61,476 nt of DNA from Candidatus Omnitrophota bacterium (GCA_016931055.1 JAFGFL010000058.1:1-61476), one strand, 5' to 3'. Positions 18,604 through 27,642 are shown, numbered from the stretch's first letter. The notes: generated by a model not told the origin, from the sequence alone. A program made the numbers and translations.

Positions 18604-18933
18604 ATGTTCAAGTATTTAAATAGAAAAAGACAAAAAGGGCAAAGCACCTTGGAGTATGCAGTCCTGATTATCATCATCATAGGCGCGCTTCTGTCCATCC
18701 AGGTGTATATCAAGCGTGGTGTTCAAGGCCGGCTGAAAAGCGCTACCGATGATATCGGGACGCAATTCTCTCCGGGGAATACCAACGTGGTCAAGATTAT
18801 GACGACCTCAAGCCAGTCTCGAGAGACATTCTTCAGCGGTGAAACCAAATCCACATTATTGGGCAATGAAGTCACCAGAGACTTAATGAACTCTGATATT
18901 ATGAACATCGAGCAGGAATACTGGGGCGGATAA
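18604..18933 (+). CDS. Pilin/pseudopilin-like protein
   Basis: 'RQKGQSTLEYAVLIIIIIGALLSIQVYIKRGVQGRLKSATDDIG'. AGGAGGA RBS. Confidence 0.7.
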   Translation: MFKYLNRKRQKGQSTLEYAVLIIIIIGALLSIQVYIKRGVQGRLKSATDDIGTQFSPGNTNVVKIMTTSSQSRETFFSGETKSTLLGNEVTRDLMNSDIMNIEQEYWGG

Positions 18934-18954
18934 CCGCAGGCAGGTCGTTAATAT

Positions 18955-19008
18955 AAAAAACATGGCTTACTTGGGGAAGTATGTCCTTCAGGTAAGCCAT
19001 GTTTTTTT
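18955..19008 (+). terminator. Strong rho-independent terminator inside the pilin cluster
   Basis: 12-bp stem AACATGGCTTAC/GTAAGCCATGTT, flanked by an A-run on the 5' side and a T7 run on the 3' side. It begins 22 nt after the stop at 18933. Confidence 0.8.
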
Positions 19009-19142
19009 GGAAGGATTTGCGTCTTCTATTCGGCCATTTTTCATAAGTTTTGGGCTTTTCACATATAAATATGAAATCAAGGATGTTATTCATTGCCAAA
19101 AAGTGTATAATGAAAGAAAAATTTATATTAGGGTAAACACGC

Positions 19143-19532
19143 ATGCTCAGGGCTCTTAAAAACAGGAATGCGCAGGCTGTGATGGGGGAATATGTCGTCG
19201 TTATTTTTTTGGTGATGGCCGTTCTGATGGCCATGACGATGTATTTTAAAAGGGCCCTTCAGGCCAGGATCCACGATGCCCGGGACTACATGGTCACCGA
19301 AGTCAGGGCGCGCAGTGCGGGGTCGTTCAACGGGGATTTGTACAGGGAATACGAGCCGTATTACACCAACACGCTATCGAATGTCGCAAGGGCTATAGAG
19401 TTTGAAACAAGGCTCTTGCCGTCAGGCTCGTCGGGGATATTCCAGAAGATTTTTAATGAAATATTGAGCGTGTCGGTGAACAGCGAAACAGCGCCGCCGC
19501 GTGATTATAATTTGACAACACCGACTCGTTAG
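19143..19532 (+). CDS. Pilin/pseudopilin-like protein
   Basis: 'KNRNAQAVMGEYVVVIFLVMAVLMAMTMYFKRALQARIHDA'. Confidence 0.6.
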   Translation: MLRALKNRNAQAVMGEYVVVIFLVMAVLMAMTMYFKRALQARIHDARDYMVTEVRARSAGSFNGDLYREYEPYYTNTLSNVARAIEFETRLLPSGSSGIFQKIFNEILSVSVNSETAPPRDYNLTTPTR

Positions 19533-19599
19533 GCCGTTGATGGGCGGTTTCAGGGAAGAAGCGGTAAGATGGAAGGGGGCAGTGAGAAAAGAGGGGGCT

Positions 19600-19941
19600 A
19601 TGTTACGGCGGGCATTAAAAGGGAACGCGAAAGCGCAGGTCTTCCTGGAATACACGATCATTATCGGCGTCATTGTCACGGTCTTAATCGCCATGAACAC
19701 GATGATCAAAAGGGGCATCCAGGGGATGGTCAAATCCGTGAGCGACCAAATAGGCGCCCAGGCCAACGCTGAGCAAAAGTTCGATGAGGGCGGCCATCTG
19801 GAGGCGCAATATTCGACATCGCGTACTACGGCGGATCAAACAACGACGGAGCTTATGGGCATTACAAACTATATATACGATGACATCGCCGCATACGCCT
19901 CCAATACGGTTACGAATTTAGGGTTTATGGAAGGGGATTAA
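19600..19941 (+). CDS. Pilin/pseudopilin-like protein
   Basis: The track ORF starts at TTG 19537. ATG 19600 after 'gagggggc' gives 'MLRRALKGNAKAQVFLEYTIIIGVIVTVLIAMNTMIKRGIQGMVKSVSDQIG'. Confidence 0.65.
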   Translation: MLRRALKGNAKAQVFLEYTIIIGVIVTVLIAMNTMIKRGIQGMVKSVSDQIGAQANAEQKFDEGGHLEAQYSTSRTTADQTTTELMGITNYIYDDIAAYASNTVTNLGFMEGD

Positions 19942-19996
19942 AAGGCCGGTAATCCCGTCCTAAAACAGGACGCAAAAAAACAACAGGAGCGGCAAA

Positions 19997-20314
19997 ATGA
20001 TATTTCGCGGCAATAAAACTGGGCAGACAGCGGTCGAATATACGGTCCTGCTGATTCTTTGCATAGGGGCGTTTATCGGGATCCAGAATTACGCGAAGCG
20101 CGGGATCCAGGGGCGGTGGAAGTCCCACATCGATGAGATGGGCGACCAATACGACCCAAGGACCGCGGACACGAATCTCCGGCAGACCCTGACTTCCAGC
20201 ACGAACACGACGATCATCGTCATGAACACGCAGGGAGGGTACTGGACCCGGCGGACGGATGAATCGGCTTCAACAGAACAAAAGACGGGATATACTGCGG
20301 TCGGGTCGTATTAA
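19997..20314 (+). CDS. Pilin/pseudopilin-like protein
   Basis: 'NKTGQTAVEYTVLLILCIGAFIGIQNYAKRGIQGRWKSHIDEMGDQY'. AGGAG RBS. Confidence 0.7.
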   Translation: MIFRGNKTGQTAVEYTVLLILCIGAFIGIQNYAKRGIQGRWKSHIDEMGDQYDPRTADTNLRQTLTSSTNTTIIVMNTQGGYWTRRTDESASTEQKTGYTAVGSY

Positions 20315-20345
20315 CGGGAGAACCGCCCGATCATTGACAGGGGAC

Positions 20346-22133
20346 ATGGACATCCTTAAAAACAAAACAGCGCAAACGGCTGTTGAACTTGCCGTCTTCG
20401 GTTCGATATTGATTTTTGTCATGGGGTCTATCATCAAGACGGTCGTCAGCCAATCCCAGCAGCACGGCGCTCTTTTGAGGGCCACCCGGATGGCCCTGAC
20501 GTTATCCCATTTGACGACAGAAGAAGAGAAAATGGCCGGACGGAATTCGGCGTCGGTCTTGATCGTCGAGGACCGGCTGACGGCAGCCTCTTCGAAATAC
20601 GGCGCGATTGACCGGATCCCTTTTATGACCCAGGGTTCCGGGACGCACAGCCGGCATTTGTTTATGCCCGTTGATTTCGGAGATACCGACGATTTGCCTT
20701 TGTTCGATCTGTTCGTGAACGGAAAGCATTTTGTTTTCAGCACGGCGGGTTTTAAATATGTGAATTTAGCGGCGAACTGCGAAGACGTGCCACCTTGCCC
20801 TGCCGATTGTCCAATTTGTAATGTTGGAACTCCATGTTATTGTCGGGGACAGCCCGAAGCACCCATAGACGGGATCCCTGTTGAGGGGATCCCGGCCGGG
20901 GCTGATTATTGGGAGCCCGATTGCCTTGAGAGCACCACGGTCACAACACAGACCAATTCCTGCGCCGATACCAGCGCTGTCTTGCCCGATGTAGACCCTC
21001 CTTACGAATGCCCTGACCCCATCTGTTTAGACTGCTCGCCGGTATCGACACAAACCTATCAAGATATTACAACGCAGACCCAGATGATCGGGTGCGCCAA
21101 ACTGTACACGGTTGTTGAAAACCATCCGCTTATTCCGGATTGGTGTGATGGCGGTTCGAGGCCATGTCCGGCGACTTGTCCAACAGGGCCGGGGGTGCCG
21201 TGCAATTTATCAGTTGACGAGAGGTTTAATTTGGACCGGGCCAATGCGACAGACCCGGATGGGCTGGACGGCCTTCCGGGCTCGGTCACAGTCCCTGTGG
21301 GTGAACGGCCGGGATTTTCGTGGCAGTGGTTTCTTGTCGCGCCTGTGGACGAGACCATTGTGCCGCCGTTGAATTATGATGAGGCGAGTTTAATGCAAAG
21401 CCCTATCCTCAACATGTGGACCACCCACACGACAAGGGTCGCTGCGGGTGAAGGGATTGTTCTTCCCGGAGGGGAAGCGGAGGCGAAAAATATCAGCCTG
21501 GACGCCGATTATGACCTTAAGCTCGAATACATCATGGCGAACGTCGAAGAGAATAACGTGCAGCCGAACATTGTTGACGACAACGGAGTCATTATCCGCA
21601 TTGGCGTCATGGACCCGCAGTTAGGTGACATTGATATGACCTACGATGACAGCGACAAGTTAAAAGGGATTGAACCGTTCGGGTTCACGAGAGACTTAAA
21701 GGTTTACACGTTTGTCCGGGGCAATGTGCCTGATGGCGGGACATATTTCGAGATTGACGAAGGGCAATTGTTCGCGGCAGACACGCGGCAATTTATCCGG
21801 ACGGCCTCCAAGAAAGACCAGGTCGACCTTATCGAAAGGGTGTTCCGGTTAAGCCGTAATACTGGAGGGTATTGCCTTCCTGACGGCACCAAACGTTCTG
21901 GCGCAGAATTCCGCGAATTTTACGGGATTTTAAACAACAGCGAACCCAACCCCGTTGAGGCCTGCGAGAATGTGACCGGGGCTTGTTTCAACGGCGCGAA
22001 CATCAACCTGACATGCATGGATACGACTACCGATACCATTTTCATAAGAAGCCGGATCCAGGACCTTCACGGGCGCAAATGGGTTACGGAGACAGGGTCT
22101 GATCCGTATGTTAATTTTGACATTAATAATTAG
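20346..22133 (+). CDS. Large Cys-rich TadE/TadF-like pseudopilin (595 aa from ATG 20346)
   Basis: The track ORF starts at 20259 and overlaps the preceding gene. ATG 20346 gives 'MDILKNKTAQTAVELAVFGSILIFVMGSII'. A Cys-rich central part follows, with 'PCPADCPIC' and 'PCPATCPTG' motifs. Confidence 0.65.
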   Translation: MDILKNKTAQTAVELAVFGSILIFVMGSIIKTVVSQSQQHGALLRATRMALTLSHLTTEEEKMAGRNSASVLIVEDRLTAASSKYGAIDRIPFMTQGSGTHSRHLFMPVDFGDTDDLPLFDLFVNGKHFVFSTAGFKYVNLAANCEDVPPCPADCPICNVGTPCYCRGQPEAPIDGIPVEGIPAGADYWEPDCLESTTVTTQTNSCADTSAVLPDVDPPYECPDPICLDCSPVSTQTYQDITTQTQMIGCAKLYTVVENHPLIPDWCDGGSRPCPATCPTGPGVPCNLSVDERFNLDRANATDPDGLDGLPGSVTVPVGERPGFSWQWFLVAPVDETIVPPLNYDEASLMQSPILNMWTTHTTRVAAGEGIVLPGGEAEAKNISLDADYDLKLEYIMANVEENNVQPNIVDDNGVIIRIGVMDPQLGDIDMTYDDSDKLKGIEPFGFTRDLKVYTFVRGNVPDGGTYFEIDEGQLFAADTRQFIRTASKKDQVDLIERVFRLSRNTGGYCLPDGTKRSGAEFREFYGILNNSEPNPVEACENVTGACFNGANINLTCMDTTTDTIFIRSRIQDLHGRKWVTETGSDPYVNFDINN

Positions 22134-22145
22134 AGAAGGGTTAAC

Positions 22146-22345
22146 GGTGAATGGCTGATAGTGAATGGTGAATGGAAATTGGGGATACAAGCGGGAGTAA
22201 CGAAATGCTCAAAGGATTAAAAAGAAAAGAAAAGGAAAAAGCAGAAAACGGGACAAATGCATTTAACAATTTCCGATCAATGCCCCACGATTCGATAAAA
22301 ACAAACAACGATTTACCATTAACTATTCACCATTCACCATTCACC
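22146..22345. mobile_element. MITE-like element with ~30-bp imperfect terminal inverted repeats
   Basis: The left arm 'ggtgaatggctgatagtgaatggtgaatgg' (22146-22175) is the imperfect reverse complement of the right arm 'ccattaactattcaccattcaccattcacc' (22316-22345). Confidence 0.55.
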
Positions 22346-22591
22346 GACAAAGCCCAGGTCCTGCTTGAATTCACTTTTTGCATGGTCATTATACTGCTTA
22401 TGCTCTACGGAATCACGAAAGTCTTGACTTGGACCGGGCGCGAATATGTCGGCCGGAGCAGGGCTCATGACAACGTTCTTTATCAAAATATTGACAGGGA
22501 CTACCAGATCATCGGCGAAGGCCCCGCGAAGCAGATTGACCCGTATTATTATACGCCCGTTAAGTTGAACGCGATTTGGGGGGAGAAGTGA
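22280..22591 (+). CDS. TadE-like pseudopilin (start uncertain: 22172, 22205 or 22280)
   Basis: 'DKAQVLLEFTFCMVIILLMLYGITKVL' pilin-like motif. All candidate ATGs lie inside the MITE-like element at 22146-22345. Confidence 0.5.
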   Translation: MPHDSIKTNNDLPLTIHHSPFTDKAQVLLEFTFCMVIILLMLYGITKVLTWTGREYVGRSRAHDNVLYQNIDRDYQIIGEGPAKQIDPYYYTPVKLNAIWGEK

Positions 22592-22601
22592 GGAAAACAA
22601 T

Positions 22602-22875
22602 GTGAACGTAAGACGTAAGAAGTAAGACGTGAGACGTGAGACGTGGTTGAATTGAAAAACAGAATTAAAATTTTAAATAATAAACACCAAAAAACAATAG
22701 ATTCCAATGACTACATGTTCAATGACCGAGACCAGAGATGAAAGCAAAGAGGATTGTGACTAATACTTTTATAAAGGTTTGGTAATTTTGGATTTGGAAT
22801 TTTGAAATTTCCGATTGTTTAAAACGGTGTTTCAAACTGGACGTCTTACGTTTCACGTCTTACATCTTACGTGCG
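22602..22875. mobile_element. MITE-like element with ~40-bp terminal inverted repeats built from GTAAGACGT units
   Basis: Left arm 'gtgaacgtaagacgtaagaagtaagacgtgagacgtgagacgtgg'. Right arm 'ggacgtcttacgtttcacgtcttacatcttacgtgcg'. The core between them is AT-rich and non-coding. Confidence 0.55.
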
Positions 22876-22887
22876 TGTGGAGAACCG

Positions 22888-25800
22888 ATGATAAAACTTT
22901 TGAATAACCTGTTCAGGACAAAGCTGAAAAGAGCATTAGGCTCTTCCGCCGGCCAAGTGGCGATCGTCTTGATTTTGGTCATTGCCGTGGCGCTTATTTT
23001 CTACGCCGTTTCCCTTAATTTAGGGTGGTTTACCCAATCCAGGATTCTTGTGACGATGGCGTCCAATACCAGCGCGAGCTTGCTGGCGTCGGACATGGCC
23101 AGCTACGGACAAATGCTTTCGGAATCAAGCCTTCAAGGAGAGAAGAAAAAATGCGCGTGGACAGGGGTTATGGCCGCAATCGTAGCAGTTATAGTAATTA
23201 TTGCCATGGTTATTGCCTCGATTTATACCGGAGGCACAGCTTCGTGGATTTTTATTCATTTGCTTAAATCGGTAACTAATATTGTGTTAGGCCTTGTGTT
23301 TGCGGCAGCTTCGATTGTTTTACAAGCCACAGTTATTCAGCCGGGGATTTCGAATGCCTGGAACTCAATTGTAAGCGAATTATTGTCGCAAAGGAACCAG
23401 TTCACGGAAGGGGCGATTCAGAACGCTTTGGGCAAAGCTGTGACAGACCCTGTTTTGGTCCCGGATGTCAACGACCAGGACCAGGACAGGGTATGGGTCC
23501 TGCCAACTAAAGACGCTGTCGAAAATTCGCCTTATGCTGATGAGGTCAGCCGGTTTTCCATGTATTACGCGTGGAGGCTTCAGCAAATTAAGAAATCGGG
23601 GGCGGAGGACATCTCTCAATTCATCAACGCGTTAAGGGAGCTTCTTTATGAGGGGACTGACGGTTGGGGGCTTCATGACCCTATGCCGGGCGATAATTGC
23701 CGCGGCAGGGCGGAATGCCATCCGTGCTGCACGCCTTATTCGTACACTTCCCTTGATGGGGAAACGTATGAAGGATTGCGGTCGGAGAGATGTGAACATT
23801 ATACAGATGATGCGTATTGGGAACAGCAGTGCATCCCGGCGAGCCCGTATAAGTATCATCCAAGCTATCCTTTTCTTTTTGACTTGTATTTCGAGAATCC
23901 CTACAACGCATTTTTGTCCTTTCGCGAGCTGGTTGGGGTTGATGACGAACATCCAAAATATTGGAAAGACTTGTTCGATCCTAACTCAGAGCCGGTGCCG
24001 CCGCGGCCGCCGCAAAACTCGCACGCGTTGTCTAATCCTGTTTCAGACGAGGGTTTCCGCATGGAAGACGCGACGGGTTATTATGCCCCGCCGAACCCGG
24101 TTCAAACAGACCCCTTAAAAGGCATATTCCCGTTCTTCTGGAAAATGGCGGACTGGGGAGTGGACTTGTTGCCGGTTCAGAATGCGGTTGAGAACGGAAC
24201 GCCTCTTCCAAGGGACGGGCAGCCGCTCGATAAAACCGACAGGGAATGCCATTGGTGCGATATAAACGATCCAAGCGGAAACTGCCCTCTTTGTGAAGGG
24301 TTGGCTCCCCATCCGCATCCGCCGGAAATCCCGCAGCTCACTTTGCCCAATACGGATACCACATGGCTGATTTACAACACGTCCCATGTTGTCGACGGGG
24401 CTTTCAATGACAGGGACCTGCGCTATTTCGCCCCCGCTGTTATACAGCCGTTTCCTCCGACGGGGGTGGACAGGGTGACCCTTCCGGAGAATATTGTTGC
24501 CGCCGATAATATCTGCGCCGAGGACACTCTGTATCCCGTTGCCGCTTCCGAAGGCTTTTGGAAACGGGGAGCGGACCGCTTCTGCAAGGAAGAGGCGCCT
24601 TATTTTCTGGAATGCCCTAAATGCACGGATGTTGATTGCCACTGCAGCGACGGTGACCCGACAAAATTTTACAGCGATGTTATTGACAAGATTATTTATT
24701 CGCTGCCTGATTTCTTTGAATGGGCCAAGATCCTGCTGGCTAAGGCGGCTGATATGGAATCGCTTTACGAGGACTTTCCAAACTGGTATCCGGAGGCGGC
24801 GCTCTGGATAGAGCCTCTGGCTCCGGCAGCCCCCGCGCCTGACGCGAGCGTCCCTTGTTTCATATGCGGGAACCTCCAGATGCCGGACGGGACGCCGATT
24901 CCTGAGGGGATATTGTGGATATGGCTTAAAGAAATTACCGAAATGAGGGACAGGATTTTAGGGTGGGTCTTCAATCATAATTGGGTGACTGATATCGACG
25001 AAGGATGGGGCGGTGATGCGTGCACTGACGTATGGTGCCTTCCAGACGGCTCCCTTGCATGTCCGGAGGTCCCCGATTCAGAAGGGGAAGAGGAAGTTTT
25101 TGACAGCAATTATAACGGATTTCAAGGGGATATGGAAGATGTTGTCGGCTGCCTGAATTACAATACCAACGGATATGACCATGTGGCGGCAGAGAAGTTT
25201 AAATACTGCCGTGACAACTGCGATGCTGCTAATTGTGAGGTGGGCGTGACCCTCCCTGAATTTCATTTAGACGGGCTTACGCCTTACGAATTCCCTGACC
25301 CGGCAGTGACGCCGTTTGATTGCGTTGACTGGGGAGGAAGTCCGGGGGACAACCTATGGTATGACGCTGTCGTTAAAAACATACATTCTGCGGTTAATCC
25401 TCCTTCGATCAAGCAGGGTAACGATTACAGGTATGCAAAATGCGCGGCGAACTGCACTCTGGAATATTGTTTCAGATTGCCGCGGTCCATGGTGCCGTAT
25501 GCATCGGACCATCTCTACCGGCCTAATAAGTTAAATCCAGATGTGCCGCCGGGGAGCGTTTCGCTTGTTCCCCTTTGGGGCTTCCAAGCCCCTGTGATTT
25601 ACGGGGACGGGTTCAGGGATTGGCTGGATTTAACAGCCTTAAACGATTGCCTCACAAATTGTAATCCAAAGACTTGTAGAGTGGGAGTCAGGCTGCCTGT
25701 ACATATCCACAATACCGCGGAAGATTATTTTTACCCCGGGGTTGCTCCAGATATGCTGAATGATTGTCTTGACCCGGGCTGGGGAATGCCTGGAGGGAAC

Positions 25801-27234
25801 ATGTGGTCCGATGCTCTGGTTCATAACAAAAATCGTGTGAAATTTATTCGGGGCCGGATCGATGAGGAAACGGCGCTGCCTATTATGATTTCGTGTTTTA
25901 CAGATTGTAGCGGGGCTGCAGATGTCAATAAGAATGGTACGGAAGATTGCCAGGAGTCCCTAACCTTGCCTTACGATTGGAGTATTACAACGGGGGGCAT
26001 CCCTGATTGTGGATTAGATAAGCATCCTGTTAATACTATTCAAGACCCTCCATTGATTGATTTTTATGACCGGATTGTTGAAAATATTTTGATTGCCGGA
26101 GGGACAGGATGGGATGGGGTAGGGAGTTGCGACATGAGTTATACGCCGGGCTACGTGCTGGCTCTTGACCCTCAGGTCGATCCGCCGGACGGGTGGCTTT
26201 ACTCAACGCTGCAAAGTTCCCTTGAGGCGCAAAATCAAGTGGCAAAGTTCGAATTGCGCCGGGATTTCCTGAAAAACCGGTTGATAGAGGCCAACAACAT
26301 CCTGGATGTTTTTGGCAGGGATTTAGACGGCAACGGCACGGCTGATACGGGGATCATTTATAAACTCGAAGAATTTCTGGAGCTTGGGGAAGACATCCCT
26401 TGCGCGGACCTGTTTCTCTGTCCGGCGGCATGTTCTGGTGATTGTGGCCCCGCCTCGACGGCAACATATGACGGCCCTACAGGGAAACTGATTAGGGCCA
26501 GGATTAACTATAAGTCGGGTGAAGATGGGCTGCCGTACCAGGCTGTTTACGGGTGGAGAGATGAGGACGAGATTCTCCCCGGAGGGATTACGAAACGCGG
26601 TAAATGGCATATTGTTAAGACTGAGGCGCGTGTTCCGGGCATGTGCGATGAGAGTTGTTCAGCTGACCAGGAGGGCCCCGATCCCAGATGGCCGAGGATC
26701 GAGACCTACACCAAGAATTGGGGGACAAGGCGGTGCTACGAGTTGTTCAATACGGAGGGGAGCGTGAAATTCCGGACGACCCGCTGGGACGAAGACAAGT
26801 CGTCAAAGTCTTGCGCGGGGCTTTCCCCTTGTCCGGCGGCATGTTCCGATTGCGGGCCGGGCTCGATGTCCACATACAAACCGCTTTTAACATTCCCGAA
26901 CGGCACGCCGATATGGTCTTTTAAAAGCGGCCATCCGTTAAGGCCCATTGATCCGGTCCACAATCCCGATGATCTCGACGCGTTATGCGCGCAAAGCATG
27001 ATCTTGGAAATACCCGGGACGAATACGGGCACAACGGCTTACGGCGGCGCGTTCATAATGAATAAGTATGTTCCGTGGGACGATCCGGAAGACGAGCCCA
27101 ATGGCTCATGCTGGAACCTGGCGCATGAGCTTCTGGCGGCAGGGGTGGTCAACGAGACATGCGCGCGATATTATTGGCACGAAGGGCTTAATCAGGGTAT
27201 GGGCATTGAATTCGTCCCGTGCAAGGAATTTTAA
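22888..27234 (+). CDS. Giant Cys-rich TadG-like pseudopilin / pilus-associated protein (1,448 aa)
   Basis: The N-terminus 'LGSSAGQVAIVLILVIAVALIFYAVSLNLG...LLASDMASYG' resembles the TadG N-terminal region. More hydrophobic helices follow at aa ~90-165, then ~1,250 aa with dozens of Cys and internal repeats. Confidence 0.65.
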   Translation: MIKLLNNLFRTKLKRALGSSAGQVAIVLILVIAVALIFYAVSLNLGWFTQSRILVTMASNTSASLLASDMASYGQMLSESSLQGEKKKCAWTGVMAAIVAVIVIIAMVIASIYTGGTASWIFIHLLKSVTNIVLGLVFAAASIVLQATVIQPGISNAWNSIVSELLSQRNQFTEGAIQNALGKAVTDPVLVPDVNDQDQDRVWVLPTKDAVENSPYADEVSRFSMYYAWRLQQIKKSGAEDISQFINALRELLYEGTDGWGLHDPMPGDNCRGRAECHPCCTPYSYTSLDGETYEGLRSERCEHYTDDAYWEQQCIPASPYKYHPSYPFLFDLYFENPYNAFLSFRELVGVDDEHPKYWKDLFDPNSEPVPPRPPQNSHALSNPVSDEGFRMEDATGYYAPPNPVQTDPLKGIFPFFWKMADWGVDLLPVQNAVENGTPLPRDGQPLDKTDRECHWCDINDPSGNCPLCEGLAPHPHPPEIPQLTLPNTDTTWLIYNTSHVVDGAFNDRDLRYFAPAVIQPFPPTGVDRVTLPENIVAADNICAEDTLYPVAASEGFWKRGADRFCKEEAPYFLECPKCTDVDCHCSDGDPTKFYSDVIDKIIYSLPDFFEWAKILLAKAADMESLYEDFPNWYPEAALWIEPLAPAAPAPDASVPCFICGNLQMPDGTPIPEGILWIWLKEITEMRDRILGWVFNHNWVTDIDEGWGGDACTDVWCLPDGSLACPEVPDSEGEEEVFDSNYNGFQGDMEDVVGCLNYNTNGYDHVAAEKFKYCRDNCDAANCEVGVTLPEFHLDGLTPYEFPDPAVTPFDCVDWGGSPGDNLWYDAVVKNIHSAVNPPSIKQGNDYRYAKCAANCTLEYCFRLPRSMVPYASDHLYRPNKLNPDVPPGSVSLVPLWGFQAPVIYGDGFRDWLDLTALNDCLTNCNPKTCRVGVRLPVHIHNTAEDYFYPGVAPDMLNDCLDPGWGMPGGNMWSDALVHNKNRVKFIRGRIDEETALPIMISCFTDCSGAADVNKNGTEDCQESLTLPYDWSITTGGIPDCGLDKHPVNTIQDPPLIDFYDRIVENILIAGGTGWDGVGSCDMSYTPGYVLALDPQVDPPDGWLYSTLQSSLEAQNQVAKFELRRDFLKNRLIEANNILDVFGRDLDGNGTADTGIIYKLEEFLELGEDIPCADLFLCPAACSGDCGPASTATYDGPTGKLIRARINYKSGEDGLPYQAVYGWRDEDEILPGGITKRGKWHIVKTEARVPGMCDESCSADQEGPDPRWPRIETYTKNWGTRRCYELFNTEGSVKFRTTRWDEDKSSKSCAGLSPCPAACSDCGPGSMSTYKPLLTFPNGTPIWSFKSGHPLRPIDPVHNPDDLDALCAQSMILEIPGTNTGTTAYGGAFIMNKYVPWDDPEDEPNGSCWNLAHELLAAGVVNETCARYYWHEGLNQGMGIEFVPCKEF

Positions 27235-27245
27235 ATGTTACGTGA

Positions 27246-27273
27246 GTAGGGGCGTATTGCAATACGCCCCTAC
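27246..27273. repeat. GTAGGGGC...GCCCCTAC palindromic (REP-like) hairpin
   Basis: Perfect 28-nt palindrome 'gtaggggcgtattgcaatacgcccctac' between the 1,448-aa gene and the next pilin gene. Confidence 0.8.
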
Positions 27274-27294
27274 ATGATGGGAAGGAAAAAATTA

Positions 27295-27642
27295 ATGTTA
27301 CGGCGGAACCGAAAAAACTTTGGGCAATCGGTAATGGAATTTGCGGCGCTCATTATATTTATCCTGGCGGTCTTTATCGTCTTTCAAAAATACATCGTGA
27401 GGGGATTCACCGGAAGGTGGAAAAGCATCGGGGACGGGTTGGGCGAAGGCAGGATTTACGATCCAAAGAAGACCATCGAATGCGCGGCGAGCAAGTTTTT
27501 CGATGATTGGCCGAATCCGATATGGTACAACCGGACGTGTTTTGAGAAAGAATGCGAAGACGAGTGTCTGCGCTCGACCAGGGAAAGCGGCGCGTGCGCG
27601 GGTTGCTTAACAGGCACTTGTTCCAGCCCGTATTGTGATTAA
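27295..27642 (+). CDS. Pilin-like protein with Cys-rich C-terminus
   Basis: The track start is 27274. ATG 27295 after 'ggaagga' gives 'MLRRNRKNFGQSVMEFAALIIFILAVFIVFQKYIVRGFTGRWKSIGDGLG'. The C-terminal 55 aa contain 9 Cys. Confidence 0.65.
   Translation: MLRRNRKNFGQSVMEFAALIIFILAVFIVFQKYIVRGFTGRWKSIGDGLGEGRIYDPKKTIECAASKFFDDWPNPIWYNRTCFEKECEDECLRSTRESGACAGCLTGTCSSPYCD

Noticed and set aside
20259-20345. Upstream extension of the 624-aa track ORF (start 20259)
   Set aside because: It overlaps the preceding pilin gene by 56 nt and adds an Arg-rich non-pilin leader. ATG 20346 gives a leader like those of the paralogues.
22602-22875. Possible CRISPR array, because of short repeated units (gtaagacgt / gtgagacgt)
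   Set aside because: The units are 9 nt, directly abutting, and arranged as two inverted arms around one AT-rich core. There is no repeat-spacer periodicity and there are no cas genes. No CRISPR array is present in the window.
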